The notes under the pieces were generated by a model, which saw only the letters and a list, made by a program, of their open reading frames with translations, did not search any database and was not told the DNA's origin. From contig OZ316897.1 of NCBI GenBank assembly GCA_973895155.1, forward strand, positions 23,163,455 through 23,227,454: a stretch of 64,000 bases of DNA, read 5' to 3'. Positions 1 to 13,248 of the stretch are shown here, in pieces (the stretch's first letter is position 1; the number at the start of each line of letters is the position of its first letter). The position numbers and the translations under genes are program-made. This DNA is from Marsupella aquatica (lineage: Eukaryota; Plantae; Marchantiophyta).

Positions 1-237
1 TCGGGATCCAGACAAGATACTAGAGCCTGCGACTTCTCGATGCATGTTGTATGGATATTTCCAAGCAAATATCTGATAATATATCCATACAGGTGTCGAC
101 ACTGGCAGCATAGAGTTTTCGGAACTTTTTGGGGAGACTTGATCTGTTAATTGCACAAAGTCATTTTGTTTTCTGTTAATCTGACATAACAGCAAATCCC
201 GGACTTTCTGCATTGACTTTGAATTCTTCTGGTTCAG

Positions 238-3200
238 GCTTTCGAGAGAATCGGCAGAAACTCAAATTGTTGGAACTTCCCAGTATTTTTATACCTGAAG
301 ATTGGTCGTTCACTTTTCTGGAAGGCCTCAACAGACATCCGGAGAGTGGGTTTCAGGACAGGGATGTTGTTGAACTTGGATGCGGGAACGGCTGGATCTC
401 TATCGCTCTAGCTGAGCGATGGTCTCCTAAGAAGGTAAGGAACCACAATGTGCTTTAACTCTCTTCCACTAGCGTGAAAACTTCTTTGCGGTGTCCCCTT
501 CATTGAATGCAGCTTGAGCCTGGAAGACTATTTGATTAAATGATAGTCATTTCACTCATTGCTGTAAACATAGTCTCGTTAGTCTTGATATAGAGTATTT
601 ATTTGCATTTGATTCGTTAGTCCCGGATTGCTTGTAGGTATACGGTTTGGACATCAATCCTAGGGCCATCAAAGTTGCTCAGATAAACTTGTATCTTAAT
701 GCTCTCGATGGGGATGGGTCACCTATTTTCGACCATGAAGGCAAGACTTTGCTCGACAGGGTTGAATTCCATGAGTCAGATCTTCTTGGGTACTGTCGTG
801 ATCGGGACATCATGCTGGACCGTATTGTTGGCTGCATACCACAGGTTTGTGACCGATGGCTTCCCCTTCTTTTCTTCTGTTTTGACTGTCTGTCTTAACA
901 CTGAAGGAAAATACTTCTTACCTTGTATAAGACCATTTTTGAGAATGAATGAATGTGCAGTGGTATGATGCTTTTTGCCACAGAAAGTCGCAAAAATCTC
1001 AGCGCATGATCCTCAAATATCTCTGTGGATCTATCTGGTTATGAATACCCTGGCCACCTTGCATCCGAGAGCGATGGCTACTACTTGTTACACTTCTAAT
1101 AATCCACTCGATCGTGCTCCTGATGAGCTGACAGGTTCTCACCCCTAATCCGGAGGCAATGGCTAGTATCATATCGGAGAATGCAGGTGAAGAGTTCCTG
1201 TTTTCTCTTAGCAATTATTGTGGACTACAGGTAAAAACATCCAAGCTTGTTGGGACTTGTATTTTTTGCTGCTGTGACGTATTCGCTATTTTAGGGTTCA
1301 TCAAATGCACACGGGATAGCAGTGTCTGTATTCAGGGTTCCCAATCTTGAGACTTCGTCTTAAGGACGTTGGAAGGATGCATATTTCTAAGTTAAAATAT
1401 TTTCTTTCATTAGCAGACAGAATCAGTGCTTGTTGGCATGAAATCAACCCTGGTCATTTGTATCCAGGGTTTTGTGGAGGATCAGTTCGGCCTTGGGCTT
1501 GTAGCAAGAGCTGCTGAAGAAGGGATTGCTCTTCTCAGACCAAACGGTGCTATGATTTTCAATATGGGTGGTAGGCCAGGGCAGGCTGTTTGCGAAAGAT
1601 TGTTTGAGCGGAGGGGATTTCACATTAACAAGCTGTGGCAAACTCGAGTAATTCAGGTGATTTTCATCGAAGATATGAGACCTAGTGGCTTGTCCTTCCA
1701 TGGTTTTTTCTCAAGAGGATTGCTGGAATGGAAATCAAATTGTTTACGCCAAAGACGTCCATCATTCTCTGATGGAGAGAAATGCCATGCAGGTTAGGAT
1801 CTGATTGCTTTTGGTCCTTTTGCAGGCTGCTGACACAGATATTCTTGCGCTTGTTGAAATTGAGAAAAACAGTCCACATCGGTTTGAGTTTTATATGGGT
1901 CGTGTTTCTGAAGAACCGATTAATGCTCGCACAGCATACACATTTGCAAAAGCAGGGGGTGAGATTGCACACGGGTTGTCGGTCTATGAATGTCGCCTGA
2001 GGCAATCCAAGCAGGTAGTGAACTATCCCTCTTATCATGTGCAGAGATGTAAGCTGATGTCAACGGTGTGTTCTGATTGCTAAAGGAGCTTGGCGGATAT
2101 TGCACGTAAAATGGTACTAGGAATTTGGAATCTCGAACTTGTCCCGGATGCAGAAATGTTTGTTCTGTACCTGCAGCGGGGCCAAAGAAGTTTTATTAGT
2201 ATACCCTCCAAGAATCAATTTATAAACTGCGTCTATTCATAGAAGTGTTATAAAGATGTTACTTGATGAAGACGCCACTTCGGGCGACTGAAAATTTATA
2301 TGCGACTAAGCTTTACTGCAACTTCTAGGAAGAATATCTGCTACTGTGTCAGAAGTTTGATGCAACAAGGTTGCTGTTCTTTTTGTTTTGACATCAGGAC
2401 CAGCATTATAACTTCGGCCAACGATTGAAGCGTCTGGTTTTCTTTTCAGGTAAAGACAATCTTCAAGTTCCTAAGTGATGGATGGGAGCAGACACGCAGT
2501 GCTCTCGACTTGTCGTTCCAGGTGGAGGCAGTGGCAGATGAGAAGATCCCCTTTCTTGCACATCTTGCGCGTACGCTAGATCGAATTGATCACTTCCCTC
2601 TTGAGTTACCAACAGGCGGCTCTTTGTTTGGGAACCTCATCTCAAACTTCATGCGAAATTACCATCGTATACCTTTGACTCCAAAAGTAAGTCCGTAGAG
2701 CAGACTCCAGTGGTTTGATTCGGTGGCCTAGAAATGTTGGTGCCAAGTGTCTGATCAACTGAGATTAACTAGGTAACAGTGTCAGGAAACTTCTCACGGT
2801 GGTGATATGTTATTATATCCTGAGCAAATAGCCGGGATCTGTTGGTTGAGCATCGAATTTTAACATTGCGGTTCTTGTGAGCAGAGTGTGACCATATTGC
2901 CCTCGAGGTCCATTGTGATTGAGAATGTTTTGCGACTCTTTTCACCACACCTGGCACTGGTTGATGCAAATTTGACTAGGTCCCTGCCAAAGAAGTGGAC
3001 TGCGTCTCTTCCTGGTCAAGTATGCTCATTTTGCCTGCTTAGTTTTTCTTTCTTCGCAACATAATCAATTCTTGTTTATGCTGGTGTCCCTTCGTGCCAA
3101 TCGTAATGGGGATTTTTTGAGTCAAGTAAAATCAAGTATGGCGACTCTAATATGCGTTCCTCTAATATGCCATATCTAGGTTATTTAAGTACATGCAGTT

Positions 3201-6102
3201 CCTCACAAGGCCTTACAGATCGCTGAAAAAGAATCATCCTGTCACGGAGGGCAGAAGAAAAAAATTGGCTGCGAACGCATAAAAAAGATATGACTTCGTA
3301 GTGCCAGGGCCAAAAGAGGATTTGTGATGGTGAATATATCGGGCTTTTGTTCATACTCACAGAAATAAACTCAGAAGCTTTGTACGTGGCAGGACAATAT
3401 GAAAGCGGTCACAGAGGATAATGTTACTGTAATAGAAGCTCCTCAACGGACAGACCTCCTCACAGAACTTGTGAAGCGCTTACAGCCCAAAATTGTAATT
3501 ACTGGCATAGCAGCTTTTGAGCTGCAGACCTCTACTGCTTTTGAACAGCTTTTGGAAGTATCAGCGGATGTTGGCGCTCGACTATTCGTGGACATATCAG
3601 ATCATGTCGAGCTTTCAAGCTTGCCTGGTACAAACGGTGTTCTGCAGTACATGGCGTCCCATGCTCTGCCAATTCATGCGGCAATCATATGTGGCCTCGT
3701 AAAAAATCAGGTTTTTGGCTAACCTTATACCGATGCATGTGAATGTACTTTATTGAGTGTATTCCTTAGGCAATGTGATAGGCGGTCAGAGGGAGCCTAG
3801 TTCTGCTTAGGAAGCAAAGCCGTGGTCTTGAGGCATGGGCCCCTTGGGTGTTGTGATACAAGGTATGATGGCTTGTATAGTTTCCTAGGGGATGAGGCCA
3901 TTAAGATGATGAAACTATATTCAATTGTTTTTGGCGACGGTTTCGCCTATAAATTATCCTGAACCAAATTGCAAACGAATTTGACAAGCAGGTTTATGCC
4001 GATCTAGAGGTCGCCTTTGTGATCTCGGAAAATCAGAGCCTTTTAAATGCTTTGGCAAAGACGAGTGAGCTTACGTGCGGACGGACAGCTATATCTAGCC
4101 AGTTTTACTATGGCTGCCTCTTGCATGAGCTCTTGAGTTTCCAGCTTCCTGACCGGCACACCACATTACAGGTTCTTACTCTCCTACCGTCCTGTTAACG
4201 GTCCCTTTCTCATGTGGATGTCATCCTAACAAATGTCAGGAAGTTTAGGGTCCTGTTCTAACAGTATGGATAAGTATTTCCAGCCTTTTCTGACAGACAG
4301 TTTATGGCTGGTATTGATTACTTCTTTGAACGCCGAGTCTCAATAATGCCTCACATATTAGACATGCACTGGAACCTCGATTGGAAAGTTGTCGGTCAGA
4401 TCATTTCATGGATTAGGTTTGAATATCAAAGTTGCAGTATACAAGAAGTTCAAAGAAGAATATCATGGGATCCAATTCAACTGTGTGGTCTTCAGGTGGT
4501 TGGCTAATGAGATCTGCATCTATTATTTTGCTTTGGGTTTCAATTTACACGATTTGACTGATTCAATTTCATATCTATTTCAGAGATTGCCCATTACTGA
4601 AGGGGAGCAATCGCAATTCGTCAGCTTTTCTGGCCATGCAATTAGTGCAATAGCTGAAACAGAGTTGTCCCGCTCCGACCTGGAGAAAATGAAATTGGTG
4701 AACTTGCATTGCGAGGAAAACACTCTTCCAATACCCTCGGTTGTGAAAGTTGCAATGTTTGAGGGATTTGCTCGTCAAAACATAACTTCGGCTGAGATGG
4801 ATCCCAGACCGGAGATACTCAAGTTTGTGAAAACCAAGTATGGTCTTAAGGCAAAAGAGCTTGTTCTGAGCAACAGTTCCGTAGATCTGTTCTCAAAGCT
4901 TGTGCTGGCATGTGTTGAAGACCATGGTACACTTTGCTTCCCGACAGGATCAAATGGAACATTTGTTGCAGCCGCAAAATTTCTTGGAGCCAACGTGGAG
5001 GAACTGTGTACAGATGTAAAAGATCATTTTAAGCTGACACCTGCTGTTGCAGATGCCTTTTTGCAGACAGTGCAAAAACCTTGGTTGTATGTTTCTGGAC
5101 CCACTATTGTTTCAACAGGCCTCATTTACAGTCAAGATGACCTAAGCTCTATCTTAGATGTATGCAAAAAGTATGGAGCAAGGTTGATCTTCGACACTTC
5201 TTCTTCTGGGTTGGAATATGAAACACCTGGCCCATGGAATTTGGACGAAATAATGCCAGCTGATGGCAATGGCTCTTGTGCAGTCGCTCTTCTTGGGGGA
5301 TTCTCTAAGGAACTGCTTACTGGAGGCATTGAATGTGCTTTTGTAGCTCTAAGCGATCCGATCTACATGGAAGCTTTCAAGGATGCACCTAGTCTGAGTA
5401 GACCTCATGGCACTTTAAAATACTCAATAAAAAAACTTCTTCACAAGTTAGAGGAGAAATCTGGTGACCTCCTGGATGGTCTAGCTTCGCAAAAGAAAAC
5501 TTTGAAACGAAGAGCAGAAGAACTGCAAAGGGTCTGTTATTCGCTTCATCACATCATTGCTAATTGTCGCGTTGTGGATAATTATGACGGAGTTTCTCAT
5601 GGTCATACTATAAAAAGTTTGCTAGCATGACAGTTTTGATCTGGCATTTTTCTGTGTTCAAGTAGCAATATCTTTTTTTCATGGTCATAAGTCCAAGAGG
5701 TTTATGATTGGGGAGCTAGCCCTTTCATCCTTTGTCCGAAGAATTTATTTACTATCTGTATAATAAGTATCTCACAATGGTGATTATTTCTGGCAGGCAC
5801 TGGTGGATTGTGGGTGGCAAGCCATCATGCCATGTGGCGGTTTTTCTCTTGTAGCTGAACCATCTACGTATCTTGGAAAAGTTGTTTCCTATACGGATTC
5901 AAGTAATGCCACTGGGGAGGTCGTACTTGGGAGCAAGAATATCAGAGACGTTTTGGTCATGACAACAGGCCTATGTGTCAGCAGCAGTTCATGGACTGGC
6001 ATCCCAGGGTTTTATCGGTTTGTCATTTCGTGCAAGGAAGATGATTTTCAGAAGGCTTTAGGGTGCTTGCAGAGCTTCAAGAAGCTTGTCCACCATCAAT
6101 AG
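238..6102 (+). CDS. MMT: Methionine S-methyltransferase (S-methylmethionine synthesis), 5'-partial. Exons 238-434, 638-844, 1135-1230, 1468-1656, 1826-2014, 2450-2686, 2885-3019, 3393-3710, 3992-4171, 4584-5531, 5797-6102
   Basis: Spliced translation gives IPEDWSFTFLEGLNRHP, SAM motif VELGCGNGWIS, VYGLDINPRA, FVEDQFGLGL, MGGRPGQ, VADEKIPFLAHL and a C-terminal aminotransferase-like domain, as in plant MMT. All introns are GT..AG and keep frame; stop TAG at 6100-6102. Confidence 0.95.
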
Positions 6103-6989
6103 CAAGCAGGTAGCAATGTATTAAACTCAATACGACGGGGCTTACAAGTTCTCCGTTGTCACTGACTCTAGGTCAATGCGAGCATGTGTGGATGTTATCA
6201 CCATCCATCTCTCACCCTAAACGCCTGACTCAATCAAATATGTCCCCCAAGGTGATTTTTTGACCCCTGTGGTCAAAAATCCAATTCTTGTTTATCATTG
6301 ACTTTTGTACCCCTTTAAAAAACATTTTCAGTTTTTCATTATGCCCAAAAATAAGCATTGCCGAAGAAAAATAATCCCATGACAATATCCGCATAACAGT
6401 AGTAGAACCTGGCTCAAAGCAAGGAATATAACGTTTTGCAGATGCACACTTTTCAAGAGCCAGCCATTCCCTTCAATATTGTGCACTTGCAAATTGCCCT
6501 TTACAAAACCCATCCACACTTCTTATGAATGTAAATGTAACAGTCTCTTTCTGTCTAATTACTAATATATCAAAAACTCTGGTGGAGAATTGAACCCCAA
6601 ACTGTGTACACAGTTCTCCAATCAGATTACCCCCCCCCCCCCAAAAAAAACAAAAAAAAAACAAATATATATCTTGTATACATTTGTTTTCTTCTCTCAA
6701 AACTCTCCTCTATACATAGAACTACCTTGTCAATAACATTGAGTACCAAAAAAGAGTTAGACACTCCCTGTTAGCTCACCTTTAGCCATCACCAGTGGAT
6801 CAGCTCCCATGAGATAGTAGTTCAGTCTTGATCTTGAAGAGACTCTTTCTCAACAAAGTTGTCCTACCTCTCCTTTGACTGCTCTATCCTACATCAACAT
6901 ACACTTTTTTTTGCCTTGAAAATCAAAAGCAGGCCCATCCAACAGAGGATAGACATCCTACTTTGGAGCATGCATTTCTATCTAGGGTA

Positions 6990-7242
6990 TTAACCACAAG
7001 GGGACAATACCTAGAGATCCAACAAGGACCCAGACCAGGAGGGAGAGAGGATTAAACCAGAACCCCAAAGCAGCCAGCCAAGGGCTGGGGGATAATCAGT
7101 ACTCCCACCACTACACCCCACCCACCCACACACATACACACACACATACCCTCCACACCCCTTGCGTGTGGAGGGAGGATTGAACCTGGGACCTCTCGGT
7201 TCTAGGCTCATCCTCTGGCCATCTGACCAAAGCCAGTTGGTT
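6990..7242 (-). mobile_element. tRNA-derived SINE-like insertion (3' end approximate)
   Basis: Minus strand shows a Pol III A-box-like TGGTCAGATGG (7229-7219) and B-box GGTTCAATCC (7186-7177) at tRNA-like spacing, followed by a GT-rich tail; no cloverleaf seen. Confidence 0.5.
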
Positions 7243-10073
7243 ACATCATCAACATACACTTGTGCATTTTCTATTTCTTCATCATCAGATAGTACAATCA
7301 CATCTCCAAGTTTCACCTTCTCCTTTCTTTCCCTAGTCCCTGGAGAATTCTCTGCAGCCAACAAATCAATTGACTGTCTCCAAGTGATTAGACTTAGGAA
7401 AGGGATGTTTGTCAGCCAATGATAACAAACTCACCAAAAGTCACCAGATGTCACTCCTGTGTCAGAAACCCTCATATTTGCAAAAATGTCATCAAAACAA
7501 ACACATTTTGGTTCTTTCTTTGGCCTCTTGTGAGAGCACTCTTAGTAACAGATCCCTCTGTGTCACTGTGCTTTCAGGTACAAGGCATACTCATCTGCTG
7601 ACTCAGAAAAATACTTGCCAGAATTTCCTGTCCATGGTTTCCTCACAAAGAATTCTTCAACTTGCTTTGGATCATTTATAGGATAAATGTTACATTTCCA
7701 AAGACATGTCATCCTCCTACAATCCATTCCCTGACCATTTAAAGGGATTATCCAACTAGCAACAAGCATACAAATACCAGATTTTACCATCTCTGTCAAT
7801 GTTGAAACAAATGTGGCATACTTGTATTTCACATACATTCGTTCTGCAACATTTTTTGTCAAGGTAACTCTGGACTTCAGATCTGCTCGACTATATATAG
7901 AATGCAACTATTTTTCTGCCTCCGTCGTTTGGAAGCACCGCAACACAGACTTTAGTCATCCACTCAAGCAAAAGTTCACTGATCAGGCATTTGTAGCCAA
8001 TTTGTTCTTTGACAAGGATAAGTGCTTGAACATCTGGGAAGCACCAGGGGAAGCACTCCTTTGGCTCCCAGACTACATCATTACACTTCCGGGGACGATT
8101 GACTTAGCTTGCCACCGCTTTGATCACCCGCCCGAGTACATTCAACGGAGGGTAAGCAGAACACCCATGCCATCCGGGGTGGGAAAACTATCACAATGGT
8201 AGGAGTGACCTCAGGCTCCTCCTTCTCGCAACCGGAGGATGCAAATCCAGCCCCGGCCCCAATGATGATACCCGGATTGGGCCCAGCAGGACCCGTGGGA
8301 AGCAAACAAGAACACCAACAACAAAGGTTGCCCCCAAGGCCGCAAATGAGTCGCTTGCCGCCAAAATCCCATCAACAGCTCAAGTTTGGTCCATGGTAAA
8401 TGCAATGAACTGAGCTCGGATGAAGAGGATCCCACCCCGCAATCCAACCAACACTCTCGCCAATACTCTTTGGGCTCAAGCCACGCGCTCCCGCCCCACT
8501 CTGCCAACTCACCCAGGCACAAACTTGAGTGGCATTCCTAGACTATAATGGTGGCGCGGGTCTCAGCCACCATTCCCATGGCTACTCCACTCAGTTACCA
8601 TGTCTGGAAGCCAAACCCGGAAGAGGAAGGAGCTGGTTGCACCCAGCTCCCTCCACATGGCCACCGTTGTAGCAGCAAAGATCATGTTACACCAAATGGG
8701 GGAAAACCTTCATCGGGATATCCTTCAGCCCCACGACAACAAGTACCTTTGGGCACAAAGATTCATTCCAAGCACCTTGTGGCCCTGCCATGGAACACAA
8801 GCTCAATAAGGGAGCTTGCTAGGAAAGTTCAGGAGGCCAATGCGTGGGCAAGGGTAAAGCACCTAATTATGCCTCCATCACCATCGCCACCTTGAGGCGA
8901 GGTCCCTGAGTTTGTGTTCTACTTTGATACAACCAAGGAGGGGGGCAAACCAGTAAAGCCAGCAGTACCAGACAATCCCAGGGCTAGAGGGGAGGGGGAT
9001 AGTCAGGTCAGAGACAGAGGACCTGTAGTAGTAAGTATCGATATGGGAATACAACCAATATTGGGAAATCAATGCAAATGCTATACGGGAAGTCCCCAAC
9101 TTAGAGGTTAGGCCTGATATTGGCAATCAGGCCGATACAAATAAAACGGCCGTTGGAGATAGTGACCTTGGCTGAGAAGCTGAAGAGACAGGGTTAGATT
9201 CAGTTATTCTAGGAGAAATATCTTGAAAGTGACAACAACAACACCAATTGCAAGTGGACGCTGACAATCTCGGTCACCTGGCAAGAAAGTCACGGATGCC
9301 AGGAGAACAAGTGTAAGAGTTATCTTCCGCCATGAGTACAAAAGGTGAATGATGACTATTGCAACTTGCAATAACTCCAGGGAATGCAGTTAGAATTAGT
9401 AGGGGAGGTGTCACTCACTCTTTTGTATAGGAGGTGTCACTTACCTGTTTAGGATTAGTAAGGGAGGTGTCACTCACCCATTCAGTATAGTAGATAGCGT
9501 AGGTAGGATTCTGGGAGCAACGCTGCATCCATGGATAAACCTTTGCAACGTGGCTCTCATTGGGGTCTCAGGGTTTTCTCTTAGTCAAGTTCAGATGCAC
9601 CAAGATCCCTCAGACGGTTTGAGTAATCAAGTTGATCAGGTACATTCCGATGGCAGAATCCAAACAAACCAGATTAGGTCAATGAGGATTTAGTGCAGTA
9701 GGTTAGTATCATATTCATAACCTCAAACCAAGAAACCTCTGAGGTAACATAAAGTGATATTCCGGATCGCTCAGCTCATAGTTAATGACGTGGAACAACC
9801 CTATCCCTATCAGAAGATGTCTCTTCATGGTGTTTTTGTTGGGGTTAGCGAAGAGAATCGCACCAGAAGGACAGAAGTGGCCACTTTGAAGAAAAGTTTA
9901 GTTTTACAAGGGCTGGTCATACATGTGTATGTTTTAATCCAGAGAGTGGGAGCAAGTGCGTTGTTAGATCCAACTTTGTGTGGGGTATCAGTACCATGCA
10001 AGCAAACAGTAAATTTCCTTGCAATACCATCCTCGTTTCTCAATACAAGGTAAAACCCATAGATATCCACCAC
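7243..10073 (-). pseudogene. Decayed gene of unknown function, split by an insertion at ~7876-9868
   Basis: ORF pieces 9825-10073 (..KTKLFFKVATSV) and 7563-7907 (..KNVAERMYVKYKY..) join across a shared GGAC at 7872-7875/9869-9872, with a 1-nt frameshift; further stops downstream. Confidence 0.35.
7876..9868 (+). mobile_element. Degenerate internal fragment of the giant coding-LTR family (homolog of 59260-63283)
   Basis: Translations EALLWLPDYIITLPGTIDLACHRFDH and RKRKE..MLHQMGENLHRDILQP..HLVALPWNT match EALLRLPDEVFNIPGTIDLQRHHFDH and KKRKE..MHRMGENVHSNILHP..HLTSLPWNT of ORF 62817-60157. Confidence 0.8.
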
Positions 10074-11463
10074 TTGGCTAGTAAACTTAGTCCCTGGCTA
10101 GCCAAAATTTGGATTCAAATACCTTGAATTTTGTGCCATTTTTGTCAATCCAGAACCCTCCAACATTTGACCATTATCTGTGGTAAAAAAATTAGCCTAC
10201 CTGGAAAAATACTTAATTTCATACTATCTATTCAAAGCATGGGCCACAGACAAACATAGTCTACAATGAGCCGGTGGTGATGTCACAACACTGGACATCG
10301 ATGAAGGTTTCAGTTTTTCCCATCCACTTTCAGATGAAGCTGATTTTTGGTTGTGCACTAGTTTTGTTGCGCAGTGCAGTAGGGCAAATGAGGTGTGAAG
10401 TGAGGGTTGTTTATTGAGGGGATGCCATGGGAGAAAAGTAAGGGTTTAGGATTTAGGTCTCTACCTGACTTTCCAGGCTTTAGAGGAAGTTCACTTTGGA
10501 ATCCCTGTCATGCTAACTTTTCTTGCCTGGTTCTGAATATCAATTGCACGGACTTTCAATTAGGGAACTGATTAGTGAGGAGGGAAACCAGAACCGTGTA
10601 ATGGATGCCTCCACAACCTCTACATTCCAATCCCCAAACCCCAACAATTCTTTCAAATGATAGAGAATCTAGAATTTATTTCAACGCCCTTCTCTCTAGT
10701 TGAGAGGGTGGCTCCCAGAAAATATTTTGTTTGCCAGGTTGTAAGGGGGACAAAGGCATTGACTGATCATCGATGCAGACATTCTGCAACCGGTAGAGAA
10801 CTCAGGACCCAAGGCCTTGGTATGCATGTTACATTATATACTTCATACCCCGTTTCTATAAGGTTTCGAACATAACAGGTATTTTGTCTGGAGGGGTTCG
10901 AACAACAGCATTCTGTTCTCCTTTTGGGAAAGAAGATGTTTGACAATTGAAAATCTGTTATCTTGGCAGCTCCGGTTCCATTCAATATGAACTACAATTA
11001 AAATATGGGGCTTGTGATCCTCAAGCTACTTTGCCAACCTGGAAAAGTAATTTGAGATTAAACAACACACAGTATAATGCACAACAGTTTCACATTAGAA
11101 CATCCCAAGCTCACGACAGTCGATGCCAATCAACTTGACAGAACTCAACAAATATGGAAGATAGAAATGTATCAGGTATACTTGCGCGTCAAGATGTAAA
11201 ATTAGTAAAACAAAAGTGTTAAATGTCCTCTGTGCCAGCACTTGAATTTGGTTGTCTTCGAAGTTGGCCGCCAACTGTCACTCCAACACACCCCTCAAAG
11301 AAATGTGAACTATCTTCAGGGTTCTAGGCCCATCTTAGCAAGGAAGCTGGTCATGACTCCACCTGAGGAACAAGACTAACTGAAACATACACACGACACC
11401 AGAAAACAACAGATCAACACTATCAACGTGCCTGTAGTGGTTAGGGCTGAATCTTGGCGAGGT

Positions 11464-11580
11464 GCCCACCTTCAAAAGTCTCACTACAATGGAACTTTAG
11501 AACTTTTTCGATGCAATGAGACTTTTGAAGGTGGGCCTGTGTTCTTACTTTTGAAGGTGAGCCTATGTTCTTACTTTTGA
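11464..11580. repeat. 20-bp perfect inverted repeat (11464-11483/11517-11536) followed by ~26-bp tandem copies of the right arm
   Basis: GCCCACCTTCAAAAGTCTCA ... TGAGACTTTTGAAGGTGGGC, then CTTTTGAAGGTG(G/A)GCCT(G/A)TGTTCTTA repeated. Confidence 0.85.
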
Positions 11581-11607
11581 TTGTTCACTCTGAATTGTGA
11601 CCAGTAG

Positions 11608-13248
11608 CTATTCCTCTTTTTCATGGATGCAAATGTGGGGACAAAGTTGAAGGAAAGCCAGAAAGGAAGTAAACGTCTTGCTATTGATTGATGGCTTACC
11701 ATTCAGGTTGAATTCTCTTCTGTTACCTATAAGAGTATCAGAATCCTGTCCCCAACTTTGTGCCATACATGCGACATCCCTCGCAACCTTTCTTGCAGAC
11801 ATCTCAAGCACCTTCGCTGCTGCTGTGCGTTCTTGCTGCAGTTTTCTTGCCCAGGATCTCATCACTTGACGTTTTTCCTTACCGCCTACAGAAGAGTCAT
11901 TGAGCCATTCAGCCATTAGTTTCCCGAGTTGGTAAATGTCCGATCCCTTTGTGTATCTTTTCCTTTTGTCATTGTCTTGTTCCAGCGTTTCCGCATCCCA
12001 ACCCGTTAAGCCATTACCAACCCATACTTCATTGTCGCTTCTAGCGTCTTCCAAGTCTATGATCACCCATTTCCATTCACCCTCAACATTTGCTTTGATG
12101 CAGTTGTCCCATCTTAGATCCATGTGGGTGTAGCCTTTGCTGTGCAAGTCCACAAGGCCGTGTAACATGTCATGCATGGCATTTTCTAAATCCTCCAAAC
12201 TACCAGGTTTTGCAAATGGGTCACCAACAAATTGCAATTGCAATATTGCTCTATTCCCGCTAGTTCGGGAGGTTGCATAGTGGATCAGGTACCTGGACTC
12301 AGCAATTGATTCATACAGGGAGTTCAACACGATCCACTTAGCTGTGTCCAATCCTCAGATTACCTTCTTCACAAAGTCAGGATAGAATGTTACTACTACA
12401 TCACCTTCTTTTCTGCTTACTGGCATATATAATGCCACAAGGATTGGATTGTCCAGTTTTTCCTGCAATTTCTATAGGAGACAGTGCATCCGAATGGTGC
12501 TATGCAGGAACTTGGCCACACCCCTCAACCCATTCCAGTCATATCTTTCTAAGATGAAATCGGTAACAATTTTCTTGCCTTTTGGATAGAGCTTCAGCCA
12601 TTGAAACTGCCTTCCGGTGCAGCGACCGCCAATCACATAAGGGAGCTTACCATAGTACAAAGTGCTCCATGCCTTTAATTTTGACGCGCTCTCATGTACA
12701 GCAGCTGACAGAAGTGCCTAGTCTCACTTATTCTCCCATTGGAGAATGAGATAATCCCTGACATACAGCTGAAAATCTGGTCTTAACAGCGATAGCAGTG
12801 GTTGCGATGCTGCACTTGTAGTAGTGAGATTGGCTAAATTTAGTCGATACTCCAAACCATGTAATTTTCTGTTGTGTGGAGCTTCATCATTTAACAATCT
12901 GAGGAAGTTTCCAGTGAGTTCCAACAATTCAGCTGAGCTGGTGGCCTCGTTGCCTGGACAAGGATGCTTCATCGATCGGAACACAATTTCGGAGAAGGTT
13001 GCCAAGCTGTCTGCCGCTGCGGTAGTATCGAACATCACCAGCTCAGGGTCGCGTACGGCTAGGTAAATTGTGTGATTTCTAACTGGGAGCTTTGCTAATC
13101 TCAGGGACAAAAACTCCTGGAGTCGGTCGACACTTTGGTGGAGCTCAGCAGGGGGTTCTAACAGTTTCCCAAAATAGCTTGTTTTAGCTGCAACTTCTGC
13201 AACCAAGGCTAGGGTTACATCTTCTGTTACGCCTTTTGACCGTTTTGC
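11608..13248 (-). pseudogene. Crinkler-like REase + atypical protein kinase pseudogene
   Basis: ORFs 12724-13260, 12472-12660 and 11608-12351 share one frame, separated by four in-frame stops. LRPDF..L..ENK and W..LYYGKLPYV (CRN REase-like) precede the kinase motifs LHSKGYTHMDLRWDN, IIDLE and DIYQLG. Splice acceptor at 13249. Confidence 0.7.

Noticed and set aside
4389-5630. Stand-alone 413-aa aminotransferase gene
   Set aside because: It is the large MMT exon (4584-5531) plus intron read-through.
7160-7242. tRNA gene
   Set aside because: A and B boxes are present but there is no acceptor stem or cloverleaf; better explained as a SINE head.
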